A DNA stretch of 64,000 nt from a virus. The stretch lies in IMG/VR virus record IMGVR_UViG_3300021178_000012, positions 15,027 to 79,026 of that record, one strand, 5' to 3'. The translations under genes were made by a program, and so were the position numbers. This document shows, piece by piece, positions 36,634 through 48,143 of this stretch (within the stretch, counting starts at the first letter, position 1; each line of letters starts with the position of its first letter). The notes under the pieces were generated by a model. That model had not been told where the DNA came from, did no database searches, and saw nothing but the letters and a program-made list of their open reading frames with translations.

Positions 36634-38831
36634 CCTTAACTGTGGACGATGTCTCAGAGCCGCTTCGTCTTTCGTTTACCGAAACGAAGAATCAGACGCT
36701 ATTTTTGGTTGATCTAAGTGCGGTATTTTGGCACGCATGGCACGCCACCAACAAGGAGTCGGCTCCCGACGAAGCGGCCGAGGCAACCATCTCTCGTATC
36801 CATCGGTGGGCGGAGGACTACCCGTGCATCGGGATCTGCTGCGACGATCCGAACGGCAACTGGAGGTACGAGCTGTACCCCGAGTACAAGGCGACTCGGA
36901 AGGCGAAGCCGCCAGGCGCAAAGGAGCAACTCGCACGCACCATCGAAGTCCTGACGCGTGAGGGGTTCCCGGTGTGGATGGCGACGAATCACGAGGGCGA
37001 CGACGTGATTGCGAGCGCAGCCACGACGGCAGCGGAGAAGCGGAAGGTCGACGTCATAATTTGCGGAGCGGACAAGGACCTTGCCGCCCTGATCTGTGAT
37101 CGCGTTTCAATGCTCAACGAGCGCACAGGCCTCCTGATGCGTGAGGCTGATGTGCGGGCGAAGTTCGGCGTGCGACCCAGCCAGATTGGGGACTGGCTCG
37201 CCATTGTGGGCGATACGTCCGACAATATCCCAGGCGTCCCAGGAATCGGCGAAAAAGGAGCGGCGAATCTGCTGACGCGGTTCTGGTCGCTCACCCAGGT
37301 GGTTGCGGCAGCGAAAGATCCTGGCGTTGACCTAAGCGCGTCAGTGCGGTCGCATAAGCAAGCGAAGCGGTCGCTCATCGATAGCGAGGAGCGGCTGAAA
37401 CTGACGCGTCAACTTGTGTCGCTGAGGTACAACCTGCCTATTCCGATCGATGAGGCACTATCTAGGACGCGCGTGGTGAAGGTGGAGCCGACCGAGCCGG
37501 CGAATGATGCGGAGATGGAGGATGCGCCACACGTATGTCCGGGATGCAGCGCGGTGGCGGAGCCGTGTGCGCCAGGATGTCCGGATGAACTGCGCCGTCG
37601 CGAGGAGCAGGATGCATACGACACGGGACCGCAGGATGGAGGCGACGGCGACAACTACCCTGAGCGATGCCTGGCGTCGGCCAGCGATGTTGCCGAAGAG
37701 CCGCCGCCGCTAAAGTCCATCGCACCTACCGAGGAGCAGAAAGCCAGGTTCGATAATGCGCTCAAGAGACTTGTGGAGGAGCAGAGACCAATGACAACGA
37801 CGACTAACGGAACAGCAGCACAGGCGCCAGCACGCAAGGTACGCAACGCAGTCGTGAAGGGTGCGCCGAAGCAACCGCACGCGTTCATCCTCACTGGACG
37901 AAGTGGCATCGGGAAGACGTTCCTAGCGTCCACCATTCCGAAATGTTTTTTCGAGTCCATCGAGCAGGGCCTTGAGGGTGCATCGAAGGCTCACGTCGAC
38001 GACATTGCTAGGTTCGCGAATCGACCGACCAGGTACGGCGACCTGATCGCGGACATGCAGGACTTTCGCGAAAACTATGCCAAACAAGATGGGTTCCGAC
38101 ACTTCGTGACTGATGGGCTCACCGGCATAGAACGGCTCGTCAATAAGCAGGCCTGCGACAGCGAGAACGTGTCAAGCATGGGCGGCAAGGAGTTCAGTCA
38201 GGTATGGCTGGCTGCGGTCCCGCTGTGGCAGCGCGTCCAAGACGAACTCGACCTCATCCGAGCGGCCGGCGTTCACGTATGGGTCATCGCTCACTCTTCG
38301 GAAGTGACCGAGACCATCGGCGAGACCGGAGAGACTTGGACGAAGTACGACCTGCAACTTCAGGGCAACGGCAAGGCTCTCGCTGCTCTCCGCAATATGT
38401 GGCGAGCTTGGTCCGATCATTGCTTATTCGTAGATTGGGACGCCAAGGTCACGATCGCCAAGAGCAAGAAATCAGTGGCCAGCTACAAGGCGCGCATCCT
38501 GCGTACGCGCGAGACACCGCAGCACTACGCAAAGAACCGCGCCAACCTGCCGCCCATTCTGCCGGCAACGTGGGTCGACCTCGAGCGAGCGATGCGGGCT
38601 GGTGCCGCTGGAGGAGGCCCGGCACCGGACTTAAAGCTCCGGCAGGACATCGAGACGCTTCTGCCTCAGGTGCCGGACGACGGTGATCGTGAGGGTCTCA
38701 TTGCGGAGACGAAGGCGGCAAAGAACGGGGCCATACTGTCGGCGATTCTCTCCAGAGTGCAGGGACTCATTGCGGCAGCGCGTGATGAGGATGCGCCGGA
38801 AGAGACGCAGAGCGAGGAGGTTTCGACATGA
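36630..38831 (+). CDS. Fusion of 5'-3' exonuclease (Pol I N-terminal/FEN) and Sak4-like AAA ATPase annealase
   Basis: LVDLS, RYELYPEYKATR, EGDDVIA, ADKDL, GDTSDNIPGVPGIGEKGA; then GRSGIGKT, FVTDGLT, HVWVIAH. Possible internal start at 37791 (GGAGGAG RBS). Confidence 0.85.
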   Translation: MTLTVDDVSEPLRLSFTETKNQTLFLVDLSAVFWHAWHATNKESAPDEAAEATISRIHRWAEDYPCIGICCDDPNGNWRYELYPEYKATRKAKPPGAKEQLARTIEVLTREGFPVWMATNHEGDDVIASAATTAAEKRKVDVIICGADKDLAALICDRVSMLNERTGLLMREADVRAKFGVRPSQIGDWLAIVGDTSDNIPGVPGIGEKGAANLLTRFWSLTQVVAAAKDPGVDLSASVRSHKQAKRSLIDSEERLKLTRQLVSLRYNLPIPIDEALSRTRVVKVEPTEPANDAEMEDAPHVCPGCSAVAEPCAPGCPDELRRREEQDAYDTGPQDGGDGDNYPERCLASASDVAEEPPPLKSIAPTEEQKARFDNALKRLVEEQRPMTTTTNGTAAQAPARKVRNAVVKGAPKQPHAFILTGRSGIGKTFLASTIPKCFFESIEQGLEGASKAHVDDIARFANRPTRYGDLIADMQDFRENYAKQDGFRHFVTDGLTGIERLVNKQACDSENVSSMGGKEFSQVWLAAVPLWQRVQDELDLIRAAGVHVWVIAHSSEVTETIGETGETWTKYDLQLQGNGKALAALRNMWRAWSDHCLFVDWDAKVTIAKSKKSVASYKARILRTRETPQHYAKNRANLPPILPATWVDLERAMRAGAAGGGPAPDLKLRQDIETLLPQVPDDGDREGLIAETKAAKNGAILSAILSRVQGLIAAARDEDAPEETQSEEVST

Positions 38832-39328
38832 ACGGACTAAATAAAGTATTGCTGTACGGGAACCTAACCGCCGATGGCGATCTCCGATACACCCAGGCTG
38901 GCCAGGCTGTTCTCAACTTCCGAATGGCCACGAACGAGACCTATCTTGACAAGAACCGGGAGCGTCAGGAACGAGTTGACTATCATGCCTGCGTTTGCTG
39001 GGGGAAGCGCGGAGAGGCCCTCGCGAAGATCCTGGTGAAGGGCTCCACGATCTTCGTCGAAGGCTCTCTGCGCACGTCGAGCTACGACGACAAGGAAGGC
39101 GTCAAGCGCTACAAGACCGAGGTCAACGTGATCAACGTGGTTCTCGCCGGAGGGAAGAGACTTGGCGGCGATTCCGCTGAGCATGAGCGGCGGAACTATG
39201 GCACATCCGGCGGTGGATCGGTCAAGCATACGACGACGCCTGAAAAGGAAGACGACGAGTTCGGTGGCGGCGACGATAACGGAGACATCCCGTTCATTAC
39301 ATCGGAACCGAACCGGTTCGGTCTGTAA
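38828..39328 (+). CDS. ssb: Single-stranded DNA-binding protein
   Basis: NKVLLYGNLTAD..LRYT..GQAV.NF..AT, VEGSLRTSSYDDKEGVKRYKTEV, acidic tail DDNGDIPF. Confidence 0.95.
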   Translation: MNGLNKVLLYGNLTADGDLRYTQAGQAVLNFRMATNETYLDKNRERQERVDYHACVCWGKRGEALAKILVKGSTIFVEGSLRTSSYDDKEGVKRYKTEVNVINVVLAGGKRLGGDSAEHERRNYGTSGGGSVKHTTTPEKEDDEFGGGDDNGDIPFITSEPNRFGL

Positions 39329-39333
39329 GATCG

Positions 39334-40256
39334 ATGGCCGAGAACCCATACCTCCTTGAAGCGCTCTGCACGCACGAGGTGCTCCGGCGCCTCGGGTTCA
39401 AGGCCGCGGACATCTTCTTCGCTGCGAGCGTGCCGCTCGTTGAAGCGCCTGAATCGCACAAGCACCTCCTCGGCTCGGTGCAGATGAGCGTAGTACTCCG
39501 TACGCAGTGCCGCGAGTTCACGATCACGATCGGCTTCTTCATGGACGTCAAGGACCGCGAGGCGATCTTCGCCGAGTGGACGTCGCTCGTGGAGCGCTTC
39601 AACCGCGAAGAGGGTGGCAAGGACAAGTGGGAGGATATCTACGCCGCAAGTGAGGCGCTGAGGAATGCGCCGGGCATCGCACTGCGGCTCATCGAGCGAG
39701 GCTTCGTTTTACCGAAGGCGATGAACTAGGAGAACGTGATGAAGAAGAACGGACCGAAGGTAGTGACAGGGCTATTCGAAGCAGCGGGGCTCGAGGACAC
39801 GATAAAGACCCAAATGCAGGAGGCCGCTGCGACAGTGGAAGCTTTCGCCAAGCTTCCGATCGTAGCCGATCGCATCCGGGAGTATCGCCGCGACATCTTC
39901 GCCGCGCATGCAATGGCGGCACTGATCATTGCTTCGAAAGGCAATCGCGAAGTCGCAGCCATTGCTGATGATGCCTTCACCTTTGCTGACGCGATGTTCG
40001 AGTCTAGCGAGAACGCCGTACTCAGGGCCATCGAACGATGAGGGTCATCCGACACCAGACCGCCCCATGCCCCGCCTGTCACGCGCAGCGCTTCTGCGAC
40101 GACTGCGGCATCTGCGACGCGTGCAAGTTCGCTCCGCCGCTCGTCGACCTGCCGCACTCTCCTCCGCCAGCCCCCGCGCTTCGGTGCGATGAATGTGGCC
40201 ACGCCGTGCTACATGCGCGGACTTGCTCGGTCACGCTGGCGACGTTGCGATCTTGA
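39334..40256 (+). other. Hypothetical CDSs 39334-39729, 39736-40041, 40038-40256 (Cys-rich)
   Basis: ORF track. Confidence 0.6.
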
Positions 40257-40280
40257 CAACGTATACTTCTCGTATACTAT
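40253..40280 (+). promoter_or_regulatory. Promoter with tandem CGTATACT operator-like sites
   Basis: TTGACA (40253-40258), TACTAT (40275-40280); CGTATACT at 40260 and 40271. Confidence 0.6.
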
Positions 40281-40289
40281 AGGGGACAC

Positions 40290-40460
40290 ATGCCGAGGGA
40301 CAACGTGATCCACCTCCGACTCGACGACGCGGAGAAAGAGCGCTTCAGACGCGTGGCCGAGCACCACGAACTTGAGGTGGCGCAGGTCATTCGCAAAGTC
40401 CTGCGCGAGGAGGAAGAGCGCCTCGGGCTCGGGCCGAAGAAGGGACGGGTGAAGCCGTGA
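40290..40460 (+). CDS. Ribbon-helix-helix DNA-binding protein
   Basis: MPRDNVIHLRLDDAEKERFRRVAEHHELEVAQVIRKVL; below the ORF-track cut-off; AGGGGA RBS. Confidence 0.65.
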   Translation: MPRDNVIHLRLDDAEKERFRRVAEHHELEVAQVIRKVLREEEERLGLGPKKGRVKP

Positions 40461-40967
40461 GGAAGCTCGAAGAACACGCAATGGATAAGAACGGGCCGGC
40501 GCTCTATCTCCTGCCCGTGTGCCGACGTTGCGGTCACTCGGTGTGCCCATGCTGCCTGGTTTGGTGCGACCGTCTCGTGAGCGGCGAAGAGTCCGACGAT
40601 GAAATGTGCTGCGACGGTGAGTGCGACCTTCACGAAGGCGAAGCGGTTGAGCGGATCGCGGCGTTCGATGCGGAGGCGCTTTATGGATAGTTGCAACTGC
40701 GACTCATGCCTCTTGCGCCGAGCCTTGGCGCGGGCGCGCGAGGAGAACCGCGAGCTTCGGGCGCGAGTCGCCGAACTTGAAGACGAAGCGAAGACGTTGT
40801 CGAAAGCCGTCTTGGACGGACACGGCATCCCGTGTCTCCTCTGCGGCGAGGATTGCAACGCACTCGTCGGCAATCCTGGAAGATGGCCGATTGGGTTTTG
40901 TTACCGAAGCGAGCCAGGCGTCGTGAAGTATCATTGCACAACGTGCGTCGAAAAGAGGATGTCGTGA
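40457..40967 (+). other. Two Cys-rich hypothetical CDSs: 40457-40690, 40683-40967
   Basis: Coupled ORFs. Confidence 0.55.
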
Positions 40968-42952
40968 ACGACTACGAAACCGCCCTTGCTGCGCTACGTG
41001 ACGCCGCTGATGGTAAGACCCATCAAACATATATTTCAATTCGCAAGTATCTCACCGCCCTCCCCGCCGAGCAGGAGCGCGTCCGCGGGCTCGAGGCCGA
41101 AGCCGCCTTGTGGCGGGCCGTCGTTGCGACCGAGACGGAGGACGAGGGGGAACGGCTAGCGTCCGCATACCAAGCGGGTACCTCGACGCTCACGTCAGAG
41201 CAACGTCGATCGGGATGCCTTCAGTGCCTCACGTCGAGCAAGGTGGGGCTGCTCGCCGTCCGCCGCGCCGTCATTGCGCGGGCGACGACGGATGCGGCAC
41301 TCGATGCGCACGACGAGGTGATGAAGCCGCCGCCGTTCGTTCCCGGCACGTACATGGTGTCGGGTGACTCGATGGGCGCGGCGAGACGAGCACGGGCCAG
41401 AGCTGGCATCCTCGCCGCCCATGCCGCGAAGGCTGAGGAGTTAGACCACAAGGCCGAAGCTCGAAAGGAGCGCTGGTTAGAGCGTAACGAGGAACTGTGT
41501 CGAGAGCGCGACGCCCTCCGCGCCCGCGTCGCCACGCTGGAGGGCGAACTTACGGAGGCGCGCGGGCAGCTCGAAAGGCAACACGAGCTTTCCGCCGTCA
41601 GCGACAAGATGCTTCTGCTTGCTAAGGACATCTCTGTCGCCCAATCCGCCGAGCTCGAAGCGCTGCGCACCAAGGCGCGCAACTACGACGAGCTTGGCGC
41701 GGACTTCGACAAGATGGCTCTGGCTCTCGCGGAGCAGACGTCGGAGGTGCAAGCGCTGCGACGGGTGGCGGAGGCCGCGCGACAGTTCGCCGATGCGACG
41801 AGCATCCGCCCAGACAGGCAGGAGCTCTACGAAGCCCTTGCTGCTCTCCCTTCGGATGACCGGATCGGTATCGCCGTCTATCAAAAGGAGATGTGGTGTC
41901 GCAACTGCGGTCATCCGCTTGTCCTCAGCAACTACCGCATCGCTGACGGGTGCCCTTGCAATTCGAAGAGAGGCGTCAATCATGGACTCGTCCCAACGTT
42001 GACGTGTACTTGCGTCAAGTGCGACCCGGAGCAAACGGGCTCAACACGTCACGCTATTCCTGGCGTCGACGCCTGCCGCTGCCACGCCATCATCGGCACG
42101 GACCCCACGCGGCACTTCAAGGAGTGCCCGAAGCGCGCCGAGTACCCGAAGGCGTCCACCGAGCCGTGTGCGGCGTGCGGCGGGACGGGGCGCGCCGTGG
42201 CGCTGCTTCCGTGGGATGACGAGGATCAAGCCCTTGCGGAGGGACGCAATCCGTCGGCCGAGCCCCCGCTCGCCCCGGTGCCGCGTGGGCATTGCGGGCG
42301 GTGCGATAAATGTGAGGCGCTCATCAGTGGCGGCCATCATCCGGATTGTGGGGAACGGGATCCGAAGTTCTGGCCGGTAAGTCACTGCCCAGGCTGCGGC
42401 GCGCCTTACGAGACCGGAGACGCCTTTCGGAGTCTCGTCGCCAAAGCTGGCAAACCGCCGCACTCAATGATGGCAGCTGCGACCGGGCCCCTCGGGGTCG
42501 CCCCCGCGGACGAGGACCCGCAACGCATCGAGATCGGTCGCATACCGCCTGGCGTCACCGTGAGCGGGCCGCGCGTTGCGCCCGCGGACGATGACCCGTG
42601 TCCGCACGCCGGTTACGCATTGCCAAGCCAGTGGGAGCAGTGGCTTGGCCGCGAGAACGAGCGGCGAAAGGCGGAGACCGCGGCGATGGCTGAGCGCGTA
42701 CAGGCAATCTGGGAACTGCTCCGACAGACGATGAACCGGCTCGATGGGCTTGACCATCCGAAGACGGGCGCGCTGGACCGACTCACCGCGCTCGAGGCGC
42801 CGGCGCCGTTCGCGTTGCCTGTTTGGTGTTCGGACGCGGCGCTTGAGGCGATGCGCGCCGGAAGCACGACGAGCCCAGGCCAAGCATGCGAATTGCTCGC
42901 CGCACTCGTAGACGTGGTGACGAAGCTCGCGGCGGGACGAGGTGTGAAGTGA
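40964..42952 (+). CDS. Large mosaic hypothetical protein (coiled coils and several Cys-rich modules)
   Basis: GTGA start at 40964; open for 662 codons. Confidence 0.6.
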   Translation: MNDYETALAALRDAADGKTHQTYISIRKYLTALPAEQERVRGLEAEAALWRAVVATETEDEGERLASAYQAGTSTLTSEQRRSGCLQCLTSSKVGLLAVRRAVIARATTDAALDAHDEVMKPPPFVPGTYMVSGDSMGAARRARARAGILAAHAAKAEELDHKAEARKERWLERNEELCRERDALRARVATLEGELTEARGQLERQHELSAVSDKMLLLAKDISVAQSAELEALRTKARNYDELGADFDKMALALAEQTSEVQALRRVAEAARQFADATSIRPDRQELYEALAALPSDDRIGIAVYQKEMWCRNCGHPLVLSNYRIADGCPCNSKRGVNHGLVPTLTCTCVKCDPEQTGSTRHAIPGVDACRCHAIIGTDPTRHFKECPKRAEYPKASTEPCAACGGTGRAVALLPWDDEDQALAEGRNPSAEPPLAPVPRGHCGRCDKCEALISGGHHPDCGERDPKFWPVSHCPGCGAPYETGDAFRSLVAKAGKPPHSMMAAATGPLGVAPADEDPQRIEIGRIPPGVTVSGPRVAPADDDPCPHAGYALPSQWEQWLGRENERRKAETAAMAERVQAIWELLRQTMNRLDGLDHPKTGALDRLTALEAPAPFALPVWCSDAALEAMRAGSTTSPGQACELLAALVDVVTKLAAGRGVK

Positions 42953-45160
42953 AAGACGAACCTGGACCGATGATCGCGACCGTGGAGGGCATCATCGTCC
43001 TCCGGTGCATGTGCGGCGGGCAGAGATGTCACCACTGCGGGCATATCGCGCACGGCATGTGCTCTAGCCGAGTCCCTCAATGCCCGAAGTGCGGGTGCCC
43101 GCTGGAGATGCCGTTGAACGCCGAGGAGCCGATCCGATGACCACGTACCTCATCCTCCAGCACGACCTCGCATGGGCCCCCGGCACCATCGACTTCGCCG
43201 CCGCCCGCCGGTACACGCTCGAAGAGGCCGAGGACTTCCGTTCGCGCGAGGACCCGCGCTGCGCGATCTTCCCGCTCGGGTTCGCTATCGATTGGTACGA
43301 AGAGGTCGTTGTGGCGCGGACGAGGAGGGATGCGTTGCTCGCGGAGGCGAAGGTGGTCGGAGAGGTGTTGTTCGCGGCGATTCGGGGGGTGGAGGGATGA
43401 TGCGCACATTCATCGAAGCGCTCGACAAGATGCAGGACGTCGAAGCGAAGGCTGAGGTGCTCGCGCGTCAGTCGAGCAAGGCTCGGCGCGATCTGCTCGT
43501 CCTGAAGGAAGCGTACGCGCTCTATTGCGATGATGAACTCGAAAACAAGACGCTGGCGAGGAAGTCGGCCTTCGAGAAGGATCCGCCGTGAACGCCGAGT
43601 ATCGCAGCAAGCTACGCCTGTTCGATGCCTTCGGCATGGAGGTGCCGCCAGGGGAACTCACGAAGGTGCTCGACGCGCTCGAAGCCGTCGAGGCGCTTGC
43701 GCGCAAGGTGGTCCACGATCTTCGCGACCTCGAAGACCCGAGCCAAAACGATCCGTCCGAGGCCGAGTTCGTCGCCCACGTGGAAGCCCTGGAGGCGGCC
43801 TTGGCCGTCGGTAGGTCGTGAAACCGTACAAGTGCGTTTTCTCTGGTTGTACGGGCGGCTGCCACGTTTGTTCTGCTGTTCGCGAGCAGACCGCAAATGC
43901 ATCTTTTCACGCGATGGCGAAGCGTGTTCTGCGTCTAAGGGACCTGGATCCCGAGGCGCGACAGATCGTCGAATGGGCAATGAACTTCACGAGACCTAGA
44001 TTCGACGTGAAGAAGGGTCAGTGGCTTCGGTGACCTACGCCAAGACCACCACGATCTCCGTCGAGAAGACACGCGTCGAACTCGACCGTCTGCTTTCGAA
44101 GCATGGCGCGACGCAGCGGCTCGTGGGCGTCGACGACGCTCGCGGTATTGCCTTCGCCGGCTTCTCGCTCGCTGGGCGTCAGGTGAAGGTACGCGTTCCG
44201 CTGCCTACGAATGCCGATAGAGGAACCGAGAGGCAACTCGAGCAGCGCCAACGCTCCCGGTGGCGTGCCCTTCTCCTGCTCACGAAGGCGAAGCTTGAGG
44301 CGGTGGAGATGGGCGCGTCCACGATTGAGCGCGAGTTCCTCGCCGACATATCGATGCCTGACGGCCGCTCGGTGCACGACACGCTCGCCGAGTCCCTCGA
44401 GAAGGCCTACCTCACCGGCACGATGCGGCCGTTGCTGGGGAGCGGAACGTGACCCCCGCCCGCCGACAGGCCTTCGCCGAGGCCATCGAAGGGGCCCTTA
44501 CCGCTTGGATCGCCCTCCGCGCCCACCCGCGCCTCGCGCCGTACGAATCCCTCCCCGATCTCGAAGCGATCCCGTGCGGCCTCTGTGGAACGAGCACGAC
44601 CGGGTACGCTCACGCGCACTGGCTCAAGGACGACCCGTGGCTCTGCGAACGATGCGCCCGGGGCGAGCTCGCGCCTGCGGAGTTTGCGAAGTACATGGAT
44701 GAGACCGGAGGGCACCCGTGAAGTGCAAGGGCCGGGGACCGGATCGTAAGCCGCGCGGTCGTCGCTATGCCGAGTTCGTCGGCGCGTGGTTGACCAGGGC
44801 ACAGTTGGATGGACTGAACCGGATCCTCAGCGATAGGGAGAACGTGCGCATGTCGGATGTGTTGCGGGAAGCGGTGGATACGTATCTGAAGGAGAAGGGA
44901 GGATCGTGATGGGCGTGCGATGGAACATGATCGGGCTTCGGGTTCCGCCCGAGCTTGAGGCGGAGATCACGTCGGTACGAGATGAGTTGCGCTCAGCGAA
45001 TGCGCGAAGCGTCGGCGGACGCGGCGGCATCAGCACGGCCGCCACGGTGCGGCTTCTCGTATCCATCGCGCTGTCGTGCGACAGGAGCGCATTACGCGAG
45101 AAGCTGCGCGAACGGCCTCGCAAGGACGGCGGGATACGAAAGGGCTTGGTGCCGCGATGA
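42949..45160 (+). other. Small CDSs: 42949-43140, 43137-43400, 43397-43591, 43588-43821, 43818-44033, 44030-44452 (conserved-looking phage protein), 44449-44721, 44718-44909 (RHH-like), 44906-45160 (RHH-like)
   Basis: Continuous tiling; RMSDVLREAV and LRVPPEL...TAATVRLL patterns. Confidence 0.6.
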
Positions 45161-46056
45161 GCGACAACGACGGACCCTACAGCGACGAGGCTGGCGAGAA
45201 CTCCCCGTGGAATCCTCCGAAGGGCGCAATGACTGGCGAGGAGAAGATCGATCACCCCAAGCACTACAACTCGCTCGGCGCGCAATGCTCGAAGTGCGGG
45301 CATCCGATCGAGTGCATCGACGTCACGCGGCACATGTCGTTCAACCTCGGGAACGTCGTGAAATATTGTTGGCGCGAGTCGTTCAAGAACGGCATCGAAG
45401 ACCTGCGCAAGGGCGCCTGGTACCTCGCGGACGAAATCAAGAAGCGCACGCCGTCGCCCATCGAGCAGGCGAAGAACGCGTGGAAGGATTGGACCAAGGA
45501 GGATCGGGCGACGGAGTTGGCGGCGGCGGCGCCGAAGAGCGCAATCGCAGAGGCTTGGGACAAGTCGGAAGATCTTGTAGCGAAGGCTCTCGGTGTTCCG
45601 GGTAAGAACGGAGGCCGCCGCGCAGCGCTTATCTGGTTTCATCAAGCCATGCGTCAGCCCATCCCCTCCACCCCTCAGGTACCGAGCGACGACCGCGTGC
45701 GCCTCCGAGCGCGGCTCATGGCCGAGGAGTTCGTCGAGACGCTGCGGGCGATGTTTCAAAAGGGCCATTGGGCGCTCGCTCAACTAGAGGAGACGTTGAC
45801 TCTGATCGATGAGAAGGTTCCCGTCGAAGTCGACCTTCCCGCGCTCGCCGACGGTCTCGCGGACCAGAAGGTCGTCCTCGAAGGCACCGACCTCGAGTTC
45901 GGGCTCCCGGGCAACGAACTATTCGCTGAGGTGATGCGGGCAAACATGGCGAAAGTGGGCGGAGGGTTCCGTGAGGACGGGAAGGTACAAAAGCCAAAAG
46001 GATGGGTTGGCCCGGACATCGAGGGCGTGTTGCGAAGGGCGGGGTGGAAGCCGTGA
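45157..46056 (+). CDS. DUF3310 domain fused to MazG-like NTP pyrophosphohydrolase
   Basis: IDHPKHYN..IECID..FNLGNVVKYCWR..KNGIEDLRKGAWYL; then LMAEEFVE..LADGLAD..EVMRANMAK..DGKVQKPKGW. Confidence 0.8.
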   Translation: MSDNDGPYSDEAGENSPWNPPKGAMTGEEKIDHPKHYNSLGAQCSKCGHPIECIDVTRHMSFNLGNVVKYCWRESFKNGIEDLRKGAWYLADEIKKRTPSPIEQAKNAWKDWTKEDRATELAAAAPKSAIAEAWDKSEDLVAKALGVPGKNGGRRAALIWFHQAMRQPIPSTPQVPSDDRVRLRARLMAEEFVETLRAMFQKGHWALAQLEETLTLIDEKVPVEVDLPALADGLADQKVVLEGTDLEFGLPGNELFAEVMRANMAKVGGGFREDGKVQKPKGWVGPDIEGVLRRAGWKP

Positions 46057-48143
46057 GAACCGTCATGATCGGAATGCAGTCGGGCACCAAGCTCTTGGCG
46101 GAGCTGGCCGCCTATGCTTCGGTGGTTCTCGAGAAGGACACTCACATCTTCGAGTTCACTGTATCGAAGGACGTCGCCGAGAGCTTCAATCTCGTGAGCG
46201 CAAAGATCGGCGAGCAGAAGCTTCTCGTTGGTCCGGTCCCCATGACGGTGTTTCTCCGCGAAGAGAAGACCGATCTCGAACGGCGCGCGGACGAGGTAGA
46301 GGCGCTGCTTGATGAGATGGACTTGCCGACCGATGGCGGATCCGACTCACCTCTCGTGGCACTCCTGAACGCCCTGCCGGAGCTGCTCGCGCTCATTCCG
46401 CGCAGGATCGAGCCGCCGCCGTTTTCGTACTTCGTGCCGGCGAGGACGCCCATCGTTTTCGAGGTCGAGAACACCACGAGCGAGCCGAAGGTGTTTCGGT
46501 GCGCCTTCGTCGGGCAGGAGATGCCGTGAAACCCATAGCCCGTACCGTCATGGTCAAGAAGGTCCTCCGCGCCACTCAGTCGCCTACGAACAGTGAGCGC
46601 TGGTGCTGCGATCTCGAGTGCGGGCATGAGGTATGGGTCACCAGGCAACGCAGGCCGAAGGAAGCGGGCTGCGGCGAGTGCGTGCGGAAGAAGGAGGAAA
46701 CGTGAGCGACGAAGAAGTCTGTACCGTATGCCATGAAAGCACGGCCTCTCACGAAATAGCCATCTCGTGTCAGAAGACGGTCAAGAAGAAGGAGACGTAC
46801 TCGTACGAGTACAACAAGCCATCCTTCTCGGCCTACTACCTCGTGTGCATGGAATGTGCTGGAAAAATACTCGACGTGAAAATCGACGTGAACCTCACAC
46901 GTCGCTCGAGGAAGCCGTGACCGATACCAAATGGGCCGTGAACGAAGAGTGGCTGAACCGCCTGGCCGTGGCGCTCGGCGAGACCGGGCCGTACGACCCG
47001 GAGACGTTGCCTGAGAAGGCGGAGGCGCTGCGGAACGCGGTACGTCGGATGAATGATCTGCCAGTGCTTTCAACGATCGCCCCGCTGAACGATTGGCGCG
47101 AAGGCAGAGAGTGGAAAGGTGGCGTCGAAGAGATCGTGAGGATTCGTAAGGGTCTCGCGTATTGCATTGATTCGATAGGAATCTTGACGGCACACAAGGA
47201 AAAAATATGAAGCGTCCGTATATCCCGCCAACGGTCGCGCCCGTCGGCCACCTGCACATGATGCAGAACGCGTTCGCGAACGTCGTCTCGTTGCTCCTGA
47301 CCGGGCGGGGCGTCCCGACGGGCTGCTCCTGCGGGCGGTTCGAGTGCCCAACGCTCAAGGCGATCCATTCCTTGGTGAAGGAAGGTACGGAGCGGCTCAG
47401 TGAACAGGCGCGACGGCCCGAACGTCGGGAGATGAACTGATGGACAAGCAGGAGCTTTGGGCGTGGAACGAGGAGTTGAAGACCGAGAACGCGCGTCTCA
47501 AGAACGACCTTACCGCCGCCGTCGACAAACGGCTGACCGAATGTCGAAGACAATTGGCTGCATGCTTCAAGCTCCTAACATCCGACGACCAACTTGCGTC
47601 GTGGTCGGCGTTGCTTGTGATGGTCGAGATCGCTGTGAAGGCCAAGGAGAAGGCCGATCCTACGGACTACGAAGTGCTATCGAACGCAGAACGTCTCGGG
47701 CTAGGCGGATTGGCGCAGAGGCTCGCCGATCTAGAGTCGGAATTTGTCACCGCTGGCGAATACGCTGCCGCACTAGAGAATCGGATCGCCGCGCTCGAAT
47801 CCTGGCGTGGACAGGTGCTTCAGAGGCTTCTAGGAAGAAAGCCGTGAAGAAGGACGCGATAGTTCTCGTTACAGGCGCCGATGCGCGACTGTTTGACGCC
47901 GCGCTCAAGGATACGCGCCCCCGGGTTCGCGATGCGTTTTGGGACATCGCCGCGCCGCTCGCAATCGCGCTCATGTGCCTGTTCGACTTCATCAAAGGAC
48001 ATCACGTGTACGATGTGATTCTTGGCACGGCCAATCTTGTGCTCGTGCTGGTCTATGCGGCGCGACATCTGTCGCATTGGTGGCAGTACAAGAAGGCTCG
48101 TGCGATCGTAGATAGGTTTTTGAGGGAGACCGGGCAGTCGTGA
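46053..48143 (+). other. Hypothetical CDSs: 46053-46529, 46526-46705, 46702-46920, 46917-47210, 47207-47440, 47440-47847, 47844-48143 (membrane)
   Basis: Continuous tiling. Confidence 0.6.
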
